Notes under the pieces: model-generated
Told to the model about the DNA's origin: nothing
Database searches by the model: none
Seen by the model: only the letters and a program-made list of their open reading frames with translations
Assembly: GCA_022072025.1 (NCBI GenBank)
Contig: JAJVIP010000001.1
Span: 4,729-68,728 of the forward strand
From: Elusimicrobiota bacterium
Lineage (GTDB): Bacteria > Elusimicrobiota > Elusimicrobia > F11
Reading direction: 5' to 3'
Length of the DNA stretch: 64,000 nucleotides
Made by a program: the position numbers and the translations under genes
Part shown: piece by piece, positions 1 through 8,654 of the stretch
Position numbering within the stretch: the first letter of the stretch is position 1
Layout of the letters: each line of letters begins with the position of its first letter

Positions 1-1388
1 TGGAGCCGGCCAATATGGATCTGTTGCCATTGGCTCAATCCTGGCCCAAAGATGGTGGTAAGTTCATTACATTTCCGCTTGTGATCACCCAAAGTCCGAA
101 AGATGGTAAACAAAACATGGGTGTGTACCGAATGCATGTTTATGGAAAAAATAAAACGGGAATGCATTGGCAAATTGGGAAGGGAGGCGGTTATCACTAT
201 CAAGAAGCCGAAGCGCGTGATGAAAAGTTGCCTGTCGTGGTGATTGTGGGAGCGGATCCCATTCTTATGATGTGCGGAATTTTGCCTTTGCCTGAGGGTT
301 TAAGTGAAATGTCTTTTGCGGGTTTTTTGAGAGGAACAGCCACCGCCGTAACGGATTTGACCCGGCCCAAGTTTCCCGTTCCAGCAGAAGCGGAGTTTGC
401 TTTGGAAGGATTTGTTTCTCCTCATCAGAGGCGACAAGAGGGGCCCTATGGAGATCACTTTGGACATTATTCATTGGAAGCCCCTTTTCCGGTTTTCCAA
501 GTGGAGCGGATATGGCACAGGCCTCAAGCCATTTTCCCCATTGCGGTGGTTGGAAAACCTCCTCAAGAAGATCAAGTGATTGGAGATGCGGTTCAAGAAA
601 TGCTTCTTCCCCTTCTTAAAATCATGCATCCCGAAATTAGCGACCTTTGGGCTTATCAAGAAGCGGGGTTCCACAATTTGTTGGTGATTTCAGTCAAACA
701 ACGTTTTGAAAAAGAAGCCATCAAAACCGCCTTGTGGGCCTTGGGAGAAGGCCAATTGGCGCTGACCAAGTGTGTGGTGGTGGTCGATGCCGATGTCGAT
801 GCCAGGAATTTCAACGCGGTCCTCAAATCCATTCGAAATTTTTTTGATCCCAAAGATGATTTCTTACTTTTGCCTGGTACCTCACAAGACACGCTCGATT
901 TCACCAGCGGAAAAATGAATCTGGGGAGCAAATTTATTATCGATGCCACAGCAGGACCCCGAAAATTCAACGACCGGCCACCGGTGTCATTGGATATTCA
1001 GTCTATTGGACAATTGGATCCTCGGATTAAAGAAGCTCGGATTTTAGAAGGGACTATGTTGGTTCTCCAAGTCACGAGCGGAGGCCGAGAGGTTTTGGAA
1101 AAAATGTTAACCTCGCCTGCCTTTCAAGGGTTTTCAATGGTAGCGACGGTCAGCGAGGATGTTCCCTTAAATGATAACACCTTGCTTTTGTGGGGTCTGT
1201 TTACTCGCTTTGATTGTCACCGCGACACCTTTTTTGGAAAAACGGCCCTTCACAGAGGCCACCCGGTTTATTCTGGTCCGCTATTCATCGACGCGACTTG
1301 GAAGCCGGATTATCCAGAACCCTTGGTTATGAATCAAGAGATCATTGAGCGGGTGAACCGTCGGTGGCCGGAGTATGGAATTGAATAA
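1..1388 (+). CDS. UbiD-family (prenyl-FMN type) decarboxylase, 5' end cut by the window edge; MqnL-like by context
   Basis: The reading frame is open back to the window start. UbiD-type blocks are present (WPKDGGKFITFPLVIT, NMGVYRM, IGKGGGYHY). The gene lies directly upstream of mqnE/mqnA/mqnC. Confidence 0.8.
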   Translation, partial: EPANMDLLPLAQSWPKDGGKFITFPLVITQSPKDGKQNMGVYRMHVYGKNKTGMHWQIGKGGGYHYQEAEARDEKLPVVVIVGADPILMMCGILPLPEGLSEMSFAGFLRGTATAVTDLTRPKFPVPAEAEFALEGFVSPHQRRQEGPYGDHFGHYSLEAPFPVFQVERIWHRPQAIFPIAVVGKPPQEDQVIGDAVQEMLLPLLKIMHPEISDLWAYQEAGFHNLLVISVKQRFEKEAIKTALWALGEGQLALTKCVVVVDADVDARNFNAVLKSIRNFFDPKDDFLLLPGTSQDTLDFTSGKMNLGSKFIIDATAGPRKFNDRPPVSLDIQSIGQLDPRIKEARILEGTMLVLQVTSGGREVLEKMLTSPAFQGFSMVATVSEDVPLNDNTLLLWGLFTRFDCHRDTFFGKTALHRGHPVYSGPLFIDATWKPDYPEPLVMNQEIIERVNRRWPEYGIE

Positions 1389-1393
1389 TATCT

Positions 1394-2500
1394 ATGCAGA
1401 TTAAAGATCCCAACATCGTTCCTCTGTGGAGAAAAATTCAAAATGGCGAACGTCTTTCATTTGAAGATGGACGATCCCTTTTCGCAAGCTCGGACCTACA
1501 CGGGGTCGGGACCATGGCCAATTGGGTCAAAGAACAAAAAACGGGCCAAGTGGCCACTTTCGTCATGAACCGTCAAATCAACCCAACCAATATTTGTGTT
1601 CTTTCATGTCATTTTTGCGATTACGCTTCCAAAGAAAATTGGCCAAACGCCTATCGAATGTCCACTGACGAAATCCTCTCCAAATTAAACAATGACCTTC
1701 ATGAAGTTCATATTGTGAGCGGGCTCTACCGTGGTTGGACATTTGATGAGTATTTGGACGTCATTCGCGTTGTTCGGAAGAATTTTCCCGCCATTCAGGT
1801 AAAGGCCTATACCGCCGTTGAGATTGATTTTTTTGCTCGGCGAGAAAACAAATCCATAAAAGAGATTTTGCAAATCATGAAAGATGAAGGAGTGGTCTGT
1901 ATTCCAGGCGGGGGAGCGGAGGTGTTCAGCGAACGGGTTCGCAAAGCTCTTTACCCCTTCAAAATCGGCGCGCCAAAATGGTTGGAGGTGCACCGCACCG
2001 CTCATCAATTGGGGCTCCGGTCGAATTCCACTTTACTTTATGGACACATGGAAACCATCGATGAACGGCTTCAGCACATGCTCAAATTGCGAGAGCTTCA
2101 GGATGAAACCGGTGGGTTTCTCTCTTTTATTCCGCTCGCCTATCAACCGGGAACCACCCAGGTGGTCAAACGGCAAACGTCTGTTGTCGACGATTTAAAA
2201 ATGATTGCTGTTGCGCGGTTGATGCTCGACAATTTTGACCACATCAAAGCTTATTGGGTGACCATGGGGGAAGACACGGCGTCCATCGCGCTTAATTTTG
2301 GAGCCGATGACATTGACGGAACCATTGGCGAAGAAAAAATTATGCATGCGGCCAAGGCTTCTTCCCCTCTACGAATGGCACGGGAACGTTTGGTGAATCT
2401 TATTCGAGAATCTCATCGCATTCCTGTAGAGAGAGATTGCCTCTATCATGAAGTTCGACGGTTCGAGTTACACAGAGAACCCGTGGGGGCGTTGGTTTGA
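1394..2500 (+). CDS. mqnE: Radical-SAM aminofutalosine synthase (MqnE-like)
   Basis: 368 aa. It carries the NPTNICVLSCHFCDY radical-SAM CxxxCxxC motif. The EVHIVSG block fits my memory of MqnE rather than MqnC. It sits beside mqnA and mqnC. The E-versus-C assignment is from memory. Confidence 0.7.
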   Translation: MQIKDPNIVPLWRKIQNGERLSFEDGRSLFASSDLHGVGTMANWVKEQKTGQVATFVMNRQINPTNICVLSCHFCDYASKENWPNAYRMSTDEILSKLNNDLHEVHIVSGLYRGWTFDEYLDVIRVVRKNFPAIQVKAYTAVEIDFFARRENKSIKEILQIMKDEGVVCIPGGGAEVFSERVRKALYPFKIGAPKWLEVHRTAHQLGLRSNSTLLYGHMETIDERLQHMLKLRELQDETGGFLSFIPLAYQPGTTQVVKRQTSVVDDLKMIAVARLMLDNFDHIKAYWVTMGEDTASIALNFGADDIDGTIGEEKIMHAAKASSPLRMARERLVNLIRESHRIPVERDCLYHEVRRFELHREPVGALV

Positions 2501-3267
2501 AAATCGGACGGATTTCCTATATCAACACAGAGCCCTTCTTCTACACATGGCCGACTGATCGTTTCACTCTTGTCCCTGGAACCCCAAGGGATTTGTCTTT
2601 GCTGGCACGCCAGGGGGAGATTGTGGCGGGCCCCCTTCCGTTGGTGGAATGTTGGGCCCTGTCAAATGAATTTGAGCCTTTGAGCGGATGGTGTATTGCG
2701 GCCAAAGAACGGTGCCGAAGCGTGTATGTGTTGTCTCGAGTCCCGTTTTCTGAGTTGGATCATGTCATGATGGGTGTCACCAAAGAATCCCTTACCTCCG
2801 CCGCGCTCTGCGACGTTCTTATTCGCTATAAATACAATCATCAAGTCCGAATGAGAAATGGCTTGGAAGCGCAAGATGCCGCTTGGCTTGTAATTGGCGA
2901 TCAGGCCCTTGGCATGACCAACCAACCCTTGGGCCAGGTCTGGCCCTATGTCACAGATTTGGCCACTGAGTGGTGGAATTGGAAACAAACTCCTTTCATT
3001 TTTGCTCGATGGGTTGTTCGCCGCGATTTGAGTCCCTCTAAAAAGAAAGAATTGAATGATGAAGTCGCCCAAAATCTCAAAAAAGGGCTTGCGGCTCTTG
3101 GAGAGATTTCTTCAAGCGTGGCCCTGCGTTCGAACCTTTCACCGATGTTTGTTAAATCCTACTTAAGCGAGTTTATTTATGATTTGCCTGTGGGATCGGT
3201 TTCATCTGAAAATGAATTCCAAAGACTTTGCCAACCAGGAGTGTTGCGTGAACTTGCCTCTCATTGA
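2497..3267 (+). CDS. mqnA: Chorismate dehydratase (MqnA)
   Basis: 256 aa. The TTG start overlaps the mqnE stop (TTGA). The N-terminal RISYINTEPF box and the length are typical of the MqnA/MqnD/SBP fold family. Confidence 0.7.
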   Translation: MKIGRISYINTEPFFYTWPTDRFTLVPGTPRDLSLLARQGEIVAGPLPLVECWALSNEFEPLSGWCIAAKERCRSVYVLSRVPFSELDHVMMGVTKESLTSAALCDVLIRYKYNHQVRMRNGLEAQDAAWLVIGDQALGMTNQPLGQVWPYVTDLATEWWNWKQTPFIFARWVVRRDLSPSKKKELNDEVAQNLKKGLAALGEISSSVALRSNLSPMFVKSYLSEFIYDLPVGSVSSENEFQRLCQPGVLRELASH

Positions 3268-4444
3268 AAAAAAAATCTTAAACCGAGAACGCTTAACGTC
3301 TCAAGAAGGTTTGTTTTTGCTCAAAGATGCGCCGCTCAATTGGTTGGGTCAAATGGCGATGGAGGAACGTTATCGCCGTTCTCCTGAGAAAGAAATTACT
3401 TTCATCATTGATTCAAACCCCAATTACACGAACATTTGCGACACCGATTGTCATTTCTGTGCTTTTTTTAGGCGTCCCCAAGACAAAGATTCGTACACGT
3501 TGACCATCGACCAAGTGATGGAAAAAATTGACCGGTCGGTAAAATTGGGGGTCACCACCATTCTTCTTCAGGGGGGGCACAATCGGGCCATTCCGTTTGA
3601 TTATTATTTAAGCCTCATTCGAGAAACCCGCGAAAGATTTCCATCTGTAACTCCGCATTTTTTCACCGCATCTGAAATTCAAACCATGGCGCAGGTCAAT
3701 GGTTGTTCTGTTTCTCAAGTGTTGGCCGAATTAAAGAAGGCCGGACAGCACACTCTTCCTGGGGGCGGCGCAGAAATTTTAAGTGAAAGAGTTCGCAAAA
3801 AACTCTCCCCCAAGAAAGGTGGGCCGGAAGCGTGGCTTGAGGTGCACCGGGAAGCCCACAGGCAAGGTTTCACTTCAACCGCGACCATGATGTATGGTCA
3901 TATCGAAGAACCAGAGGACGTGGTGGAACATTGGAACCAAATTCGATCTCTCCAAGACTCTTCGAAATCTCTCAACAATGGCGGTGGGTTTACGGCGTTT
4001 ATTCCCTGGAGTTTCAAACCCGACAACACTGTTCTTGAACGACGGTTTCCCCGCCGTGCTGGACCCGTTCCCTATTTGCGAATGCTTGCGGCCTCGCGTC
4101 TTTATCTAGATAATTTCGATCATATTCAGGCTTCTTGGTTTTCCGAAGGGAAAAAAACGGGGCAGGCCGCGCTCTTTTTTGGGGCCGATGATTTCGGCGG
4201 AACTTTGTATGAAGAAAATGTTCATGCTGAGGCTGGGTTTGTGAATGTCACAACCCTGAAAGAAACCATTCAACTCATTCATGAGGCCGGCTTTGATGCG
4301 GTGCAACGTACCACCCGATACGACCGTCTGAAAAAATTCCCCAAAAACATGTCGGAGGATGAATTGACAGTGGCAGTGGCGCCAGAAGTATCGCTCAGGA
4401 AAAATCAGCCTGTTGAAAAAAGGAACGAACCGGTTTCGGCGTGA
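3212..4444 (+). CDS. mqnC: Radical-SAM cyclic dehypoxanthinyl futalosine synthase (MqnC-like)
   Basis: Motifs NYTNICDTDCHFCAFF and ILLQGGHN are present. The start is uncertain: ATG 3179, ATG 3212 and GTG 3248 are all in frame, and all overlap the mqnA 3' end. Confidence 0.7.
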   Translation: MNSKDFANQECCVNLPLIEKKILNRERLTSQEGLFLLKDAPLNWLGQMAMEERYRRSPEKEITFIIDSNPNYTNICDTDCHFCAFFRRPQDKDSYTLTIDQVMEKIDRSVKLGVTTILLQGGHNRAIPFDYYLSLIRETRERFPSVTPHFFTASEIQTMAQVNGCSVSQVLAELKKAGQHTLPGGGAEILSERVRKKLSPKKGGPEAWLEVHREAHRQGFTSTATMMYGHIEEPEDVVEHWNQIRSLQDSSKSLNNGGGFTAFIPWSFKPDNTVLERRFPRRAGPVPYLRMLAASRLYLDNFDHIQASWFSEGKKTGQAALFFGADDFGGTLYEENVHAEAGFVNVTTLKETIQLIHEAGFDAVQRTTRYDRLKKFPKNMSEDELTVAVAPEVSLRKNQPVEKRNEPVSA

Positions 4445-4734
4445 ATAAAACCTCGCTTCCTTATAAGCAAGTAATATTCGTTTGTACCAATGCGCGCCCG
4501 GAGGGCGAGCGCATCAGTTGCGCGGGCGCGGGACGTTGCGGGGAGTTGATTCTCGGACGCCTGAGAGAGTATGTTAAACAAAATAAATTGCAGGCCAATG
4601 TTCGAGTGGCCAAATCGGGTTGCCAAGAAAAGTGCGAGATGGGGCCGAATGTGATGGTTATGCCCCAAAATGAATTTCTCACCCAGGTCACGCTGGATGA
4701 TGTGCCCGAAATCATCAAGGATTATTTGCGCTGA
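4441..4734 (+). CDS. Thioredoxin-like [2Fe-2S] ferredoxin
   Basis: 97 aa. Cys15, Cys27, Cys61 and Cys65 (FVCTN, ISCAG, GCQEKC) have the spacing of thioredoxin-like 2Fe-2S ferredoxins. The GTG start overlaps the mqnC stop (GTGA). Confidence 0.75.
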   Translation: MNKTSLPYKQVIFVCTNARPEGERISCAGAGRCGELILGRLREYVKQNKLQANVRVAKSGCQEKCEMGPNVMVMPQNEFLTQVTLDDVPEIIKDYLR

Positions 4735-5582
4735 GATTTCCGACTCAATACTTTCCCACTCTCCACATCCACCAATATCTCATCGTAAAGTTTCTCTCCC
4801 CCCTTTTTCTTTTCAAATATTTGCACGCGAACTTGTGTGGCGGGTGTCGTTGATTTAAGTCCCGCGGGTTTGACACGGGTGCCCAAGTCTCTTTTTGATT
4901 TTTTGAGGCCGGCAATAAATAATTTCACATCCGTCAAATTCCCGACAATTTGCAGCGCTTTATCAACTGTTTCTGGCGATACCATGTCCAACTCCGGAAT
5001 GTGTGGAAGGTTTTTGTATTCGCGCATCCGGCTTTCCCAGGGGCGCAGATCAAATGATTCCCGTTCTTTGTTCCAGTGGTAGTCGGTTCCATCGGTACAA
5101 TCTGAGCAGGGGGTGGTGGAGAAGGCTTGGTTTCCGGGATCTTTGACGCCCGTGGTTCCTGGTTTGTGGATAAAGATGGGCTTGGAATATTCCTTAAAAA
5201 AAAGGGTTTTATACCGAACCGGGTTTTGAAGTTGGGTTCCCACCAATAAAAAATAGGCTTCTTTCTTGGGAAATCCATAAATCCCGGCGATTGCCATATC
5301 CATTAAACCATCCCCGTTAAAATCTCCCGATGGCGAAAAAAGGGGTTGGGGGTCCTGTGGTTTTAATTCAATGTCGGCAGAGTTGAGTATGCGGGGCTGT
5401 TTTTCCTTCGATAAGACGGCGTCAATGAGATCGTAAGCTTCAAAAGCATTTAAAATGTCCACGGCAATTAAAAGTTGGAACCCAGCCATAAAGCATGCCG
5501 GGATGGCAGATTTTTTCCTGATAATATTGAGATTAATTTTAGGTGAGTTGCGAAAACGGTTTTTGGTGGGAAACCGGTCCAT
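4722..5582 (-). CDS. Hypothetical membrane-anchored protein with one FG-GAP/VCBS-like loop
   Basis: 286 aa. It has an N-terminal hydrophobic segment (IPACFMAGFQLLIAVDIL) and a GDFNGDGLMDMAIAG loop. I recognise no family. Confidence 0.55.
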   Translation of the reverse strand: MDRFPTKNRFRNSPKINLNIIRKKSAIPACFMAGFQLLIAVDILNAFEAYDLIDAVLSKEKQPRILNSADIELKPQDPQPLFSPSGDFNGDGLMDMAIAGIYGFPKKEAYFLLVGTQLQNPVRYKTLFFKEYSKPIFIHKPGTTGVKDPGNQAFSTTPCSDCTDGTDYHWNKERESFDLRPWESRMREYKNLPHIPELDMVSPETVDKALQIVGNLTDVKLFIAGLKKSKRDLGTRVKPAGLKSTTPATQVRVQIFEKKKGGEKLYDEILVDVESGKVLSRKSQRK

Positions 5583-5693
5583 GGATGTTTTTGGGTTCTT
5601 TCTCCTTTGTGGTCTCCTCTGACGTTATCACAAGTCCCATTTCAGTTGCCAATGAAAACAAGTTTTCTTCTTTGGGTTTCAAAATTTCCTGTT

Positions 5694-6086
5694 TCATTTT
5701 CCCCCCCGATTCATGGAAACGATGGTTTGAAGGAAAATTGTTCCATTGACGCGGTGGAGACCTTTTCTTTCTTCTTGAATGGCCAGGTCTGGAGCGATTA
5801 CGGAAGCTTGTAACACTGCTATGACGTCTGGTTTGGATTTGGCCGCACGGCTCACCTGTTCAATACACTGCGAAATCAATTGGTTCACAACAGATTTTTT
5901 GTTTTCACCCTCCACTTGTTCATTATCGATGGGGCATCCCCAGTCCAATGTTTTTGTTTCGCCAGAGGTTGAAAATTGGATTGGAATATCAAAAGAGAGT
6001 TCGAATTCGGGCGAGGTTGTGTAAGGGGTCGCTTTGGCAAGCAGGGGACTGAGCAGAATCAATGTAACCAACACCAACTTTTTCAT
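5694..6086 (-). CDS. Hypothetical small secreted protein
   Basis: 130 aa with the signal peptide MKKLVLVTLILLSPLLAKA. A GGAGG Shine-Dalgarno lies 4 nt upstream of the ATG. Confidence 0.6.
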   Translation of the reverse strand: MKKLVLVTLILLSPLLAKATPYTTSPEFELSFDIPIQFSTSGETKTLDWGCPIDNEQVEGENKKSVVNQLISQCIEQVSRAAKSKPDVIAVLQASVIAPDLAIQEERKGLHRVNGTIFLQTIVSMNRGGK

Positions 6087-6090
6087 ACAG

Positions 6091-6126
6091 CCTCCTATAT
6101 ATCTCTGGGGTCAGGATATAGGGAGG
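6091..6126 (-). promoter_or_regulatory. Stem-loop pairing an anti-SD (CCUCC) with the SD (GGAGG) of the 5694..6086 gene
   Basis: The minus-strand RNA reads CCUCCCUAUAU-15 nt loop-AUAUAGGAGG. This forms 10 bp with one bulged C, and the 3' arm is the SD 4 nt from the ATG. There is no U-run, so it is not a classic terminator. Confidence 0.45.
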
Positions 6127-6167
6127 TTTGTTACAAGGCCGTGACAATGGTGAGAGTTTTTGGCGAA

Positions 6168-7115
6168 TTACTGAGCAGTTGGCGCAAGGGGTTGCAAAAG
6201 CTCTTTTGGAAGAGAAAAAACCACATTTTCTTCTCTTACAAACACCTCTTCCACAGTGGCTTGATGGCTTTTGGCCAGGGTACGGACCACTTCTTGAACC
6301 AAATATTCAGGGGCAGAAGCTCCAGCCGTTAATCCGATTTTTTGGATCCCTAAAAGCCAAGCGGGATTGATTTCGTTGGCCTGATCAATCAAATGGGAAG
6401 CCACACCGGCATCCCTGGCCACATCACAAAGACGTTGTGAATTCGAGCTATTTTTTGATCCTACCACCAAGAGAAGATCAATGCCATGTTGAAGAAGTTC
6501 CCGAACCGCGTCTTGACGGTTTTGTGTGGCATAACAAATATCATCTTTTGGCGGGGTGGAAGCGTTGGGATATTGGGATCGAATGGCGGAAAGAATTCCT
6601 TTGGTTTCATCTATGCTGAGCGTGGTTTGAGTCAAAACCATCACTTTGTTTGGATCGGGGATTTTGAGAGATGAAATATCATGAGTTGTCTCCACCAATT
6701 GAATTTTTCCCGGGGCTTCCCCCATGGTCCCGACCACCTCATCATGGTCTTTGTGCCCAATCAATAGAAGGGTATAGCCTTCTCTTAAAAATCGATGCAC
6801 TTCGAGGTGAACCTTGGTGACGAGGGGACAGGTGGCGTCAATGGTTTGCAGTTGAAGTTGTTGAGATTTTTCTCTAACTTCCGGAGCAATTCCATGAGCG
6901 CTGTAGATCACGCAGCTGCCAGCGGGAGCCTCATTTACCTCATCAATAAAAACAACACCGCGTTTTTTGAAGTCCTCCACCACCGCTTTGTTGTGGACGA
7001 TTTCTTTCCGCACATAAATGGGAGGGGGGTATTTTTTAAGAGCCATGTCCACAATTTCAATTGCGCGACGGACGCCAGCGCAAAAACCCCGAGGAGAAAC
7101 GAGCAGGATTTTCAT
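6168..7115 (-). CDS. ispH: 4-hydroxy-3-methylbut-2-enyl diphosphate reductase
   Basis: 315 aa. The N-terminus is MKILLVSPRGFCAGVRRAIEIV. The three cluster-Cys contexts are present (FCAGV, ATCPLV, ICYATQ). Confidence 0.93.
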   Translation of the reverse strand: MKILLVSPRGFCAGVRRAIEIVDMALKKYPPPIYVRKEIVHNKAVVEDFKKRGVVFIDEVNEAPAGSCVIYSAHGIAPEVREKSQQLQLQTIDATCPLVTKVHLEVHRFLREGYTLLLIGHKDHDEVVGTMGEAPGKIQLVETTHDISSLKIPDPNKVMVLTQTTLSIDETKGILSAIRSQYPNASTPPKDDICYATQNRQDAVRELLQHGIDLLLVVGSKNSSNSQRLCDVARDAGVASHLIDQANEINPAWLLGIQKIGLTAGASAPEYLVQEVVRTLAKSHQATVEEVFVREENVVFSLPKELLQPLAPTAQ

Positions 7116-7792
7116 GGTTTGATCAATTGGAAAAAGGCGTCTTGATACCGATCGAAGAGACCATATTCTTTTAATTTGGAACCGAGAACCGATATGGCGC
7201 TGCGATCTTTTTGAGCCACTTTGAACAGATGGTCTATTTCTCGCCTTTTTTGACGAATTCCACGTTCTTGGCTCTCAAAAAAACCGCGGTCTTCAAGCTC
7301 TTGTAGATTTGCCTTGAACGACGCCATGGTTTCCTCAATTATGAATTTCATTATGGAGAGTTCCCAAATTCGATCGGATCCATATATCAACGCTGAATTG
7401 TAGGCCTCCCCCCGATCAAACTCTTTGCTCAAGTTGTCGAGCAACCTTTCTGGCGGAACCAATTCAATACGGGTTGATTCAATTTGATTGGTGAATTGAT
7501 ATTCAAGACCTCTCAACGCTTTTCCATATTGACTGATGAGTGTGTCAAAGTATTCATTGACATCATCGCCAAACCCTTTGAATTGATCTTTCAGTGATTG
7601 TTGGGTAATAATAGCTGGCTTATGGGCGGTAACGATTCCCTCTCGCAAGCGAGATCGGTCCTTGAGGCCTGGAATATCGGTCACCAATTGATATTGAATT
7701 CGGGATGCACCAAAGGTCGCCAATCGGTGTTTGGGGGATCGGATCACTTGAATTTTCTGAAACATTTTCTTGAGTTGTTGGAGATTAAACAT
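7112..7792 (-). CDS. Hypothetical cytoplasmic protein, translationally coupled to ispH
   Basis: 226 aa with no TM segment or signal peptide. Its stop overlaps the ispH start (ATGA at 7112-7115). I recognise no family. Confidence 0.6.
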   Translation of the reverse strand: MFNLQQLKKMFQKIQVIRSPKHRLATFGASRIQYQLVTDIPGLKDRSRLREGIVTAHKPAIITQQSLKDQFKGFGDDVNEYFDTLISQYGKALRGLEYQFTNQIESTRIELVPPERLLDNLSKEFDRGEAYNSALIYGSDRIWELSIMKFIIEETMASFKANLQELEDRGFFESQERGIRQKRREIDHLFKVAQKDRSAISVLGSKLKEYGLFDRYQDAFFQLIKP

Positions 7793-7838
7793 GCGGGGAT
7801 CATACTTTTTTCGACGGTATAGGGTAAACTAACACACC

Positions 7839-8618
7839 ATGGCCATTCTTGAATTTTCCAAACCATCTCAGCCCCTTTGGGTCTTTCTATCAATCGGGGC
7901 GCTGGTCTTTTCTTTGGGCCTCGGAATTTTTGTTGGGCCTTGGGGAATTTTTGTCGCCTCCGGATTGGGAGCGGGATTCGCTATTGCGGGATTGTATCGT
8001 CAAAAACAGGTGCTCTTGTATTATTTGATGGGAGTGCATATTTTGCTGTTAATTGTGGGAATGGTTCTTAATTCCTTGTTTCTCACCCCGCTCTCAAATG
8101 ATTCCCTGCAAATGCCTCGATTGAATCAAACATACGAGGATCCGTTGGGCCTATTTACGGCGCGTGTTCCTCAGGGATGGCAAACGGAAACCCTCCACTC
8201 CAAAACCGAAGCGGCGGTAAGATTGCAACCGGCCAACCGAGAACAATACATGGGTGTTTCTGAAGTGACGATCCGGGTTCGAGAATTGGAAAATCCAACC
8301 GCGCATCCTGTCGATTTTCTAAATAAGTTGGCCCAAACCCTTTCAGTTAAACCCAAAAAAGAAAGTTTATTCACTTTTTCAACCGAACCCACCACGCTTT
8401 TAGATGGAAAAAAGGGAGTGTGGTCCCGACTGTTCATTAAACGATTTTGGATTCCCCTCTATCAACGCGCGCTTTACGGAATAAAAAATACAAGGTTTCT
8501 CTGCACGGTGTCCGCATCGGGCATTGAGAGTCACTCCACCTTAACGGAAGTTCTCTGCCTTGGACTCTATGAAACCATTCAAATTATCGAGATAAATAAA
8601 AAACAAAAAACCAACTGA
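7839..8618 (+). CDS. Hypothetical membrane protein (N-terminal TM helices plus a soluble C-terminal domain)
   Basis: 259 aa. Hydrophobic helices occupy the first ~85 aa, followed by a ~170-aa soluble region. It is divergent from 7112..7792. Confidence 0.6.
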   Translation: MAILEFSKPSQPLWVFLSIGALVFSLGLGIFVGPWGIFVASGLGAGFAIAGLYRQKQVLLYYLMGVHILLLIVGMVLNSLFLTPLSNDSLQMPRLNQTYEDPLGLFTARVPQGWQTETLHSKTEAAVRLQPANREQYMGVSEVTIRVRELENPTAHPVDFLNKLAQTLSVKPKKESLFTFSTEPTTLLDGKKGVWSRLFIKRFWIPLYQRALYGIKNTRFLCTVSASGIESHSTLTEVLCLGLYETIQIIEINKKQKTN

Positions 8619-8654
8619 AAATACAGCTCATTCCGGTTAGAATTCAATCATTAT

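Noticed and set aside
5496-5514. The sequence aagcatgccgggatggcag resembles one arm of the 34-nt hairpin repeat (ggcatgccaggatgacgg).
   Set aside because: Only a half-unit match is present and there is no partner arm or stem. It lies inside a coding region (IPACFMAG), so it is most likely coincidental.
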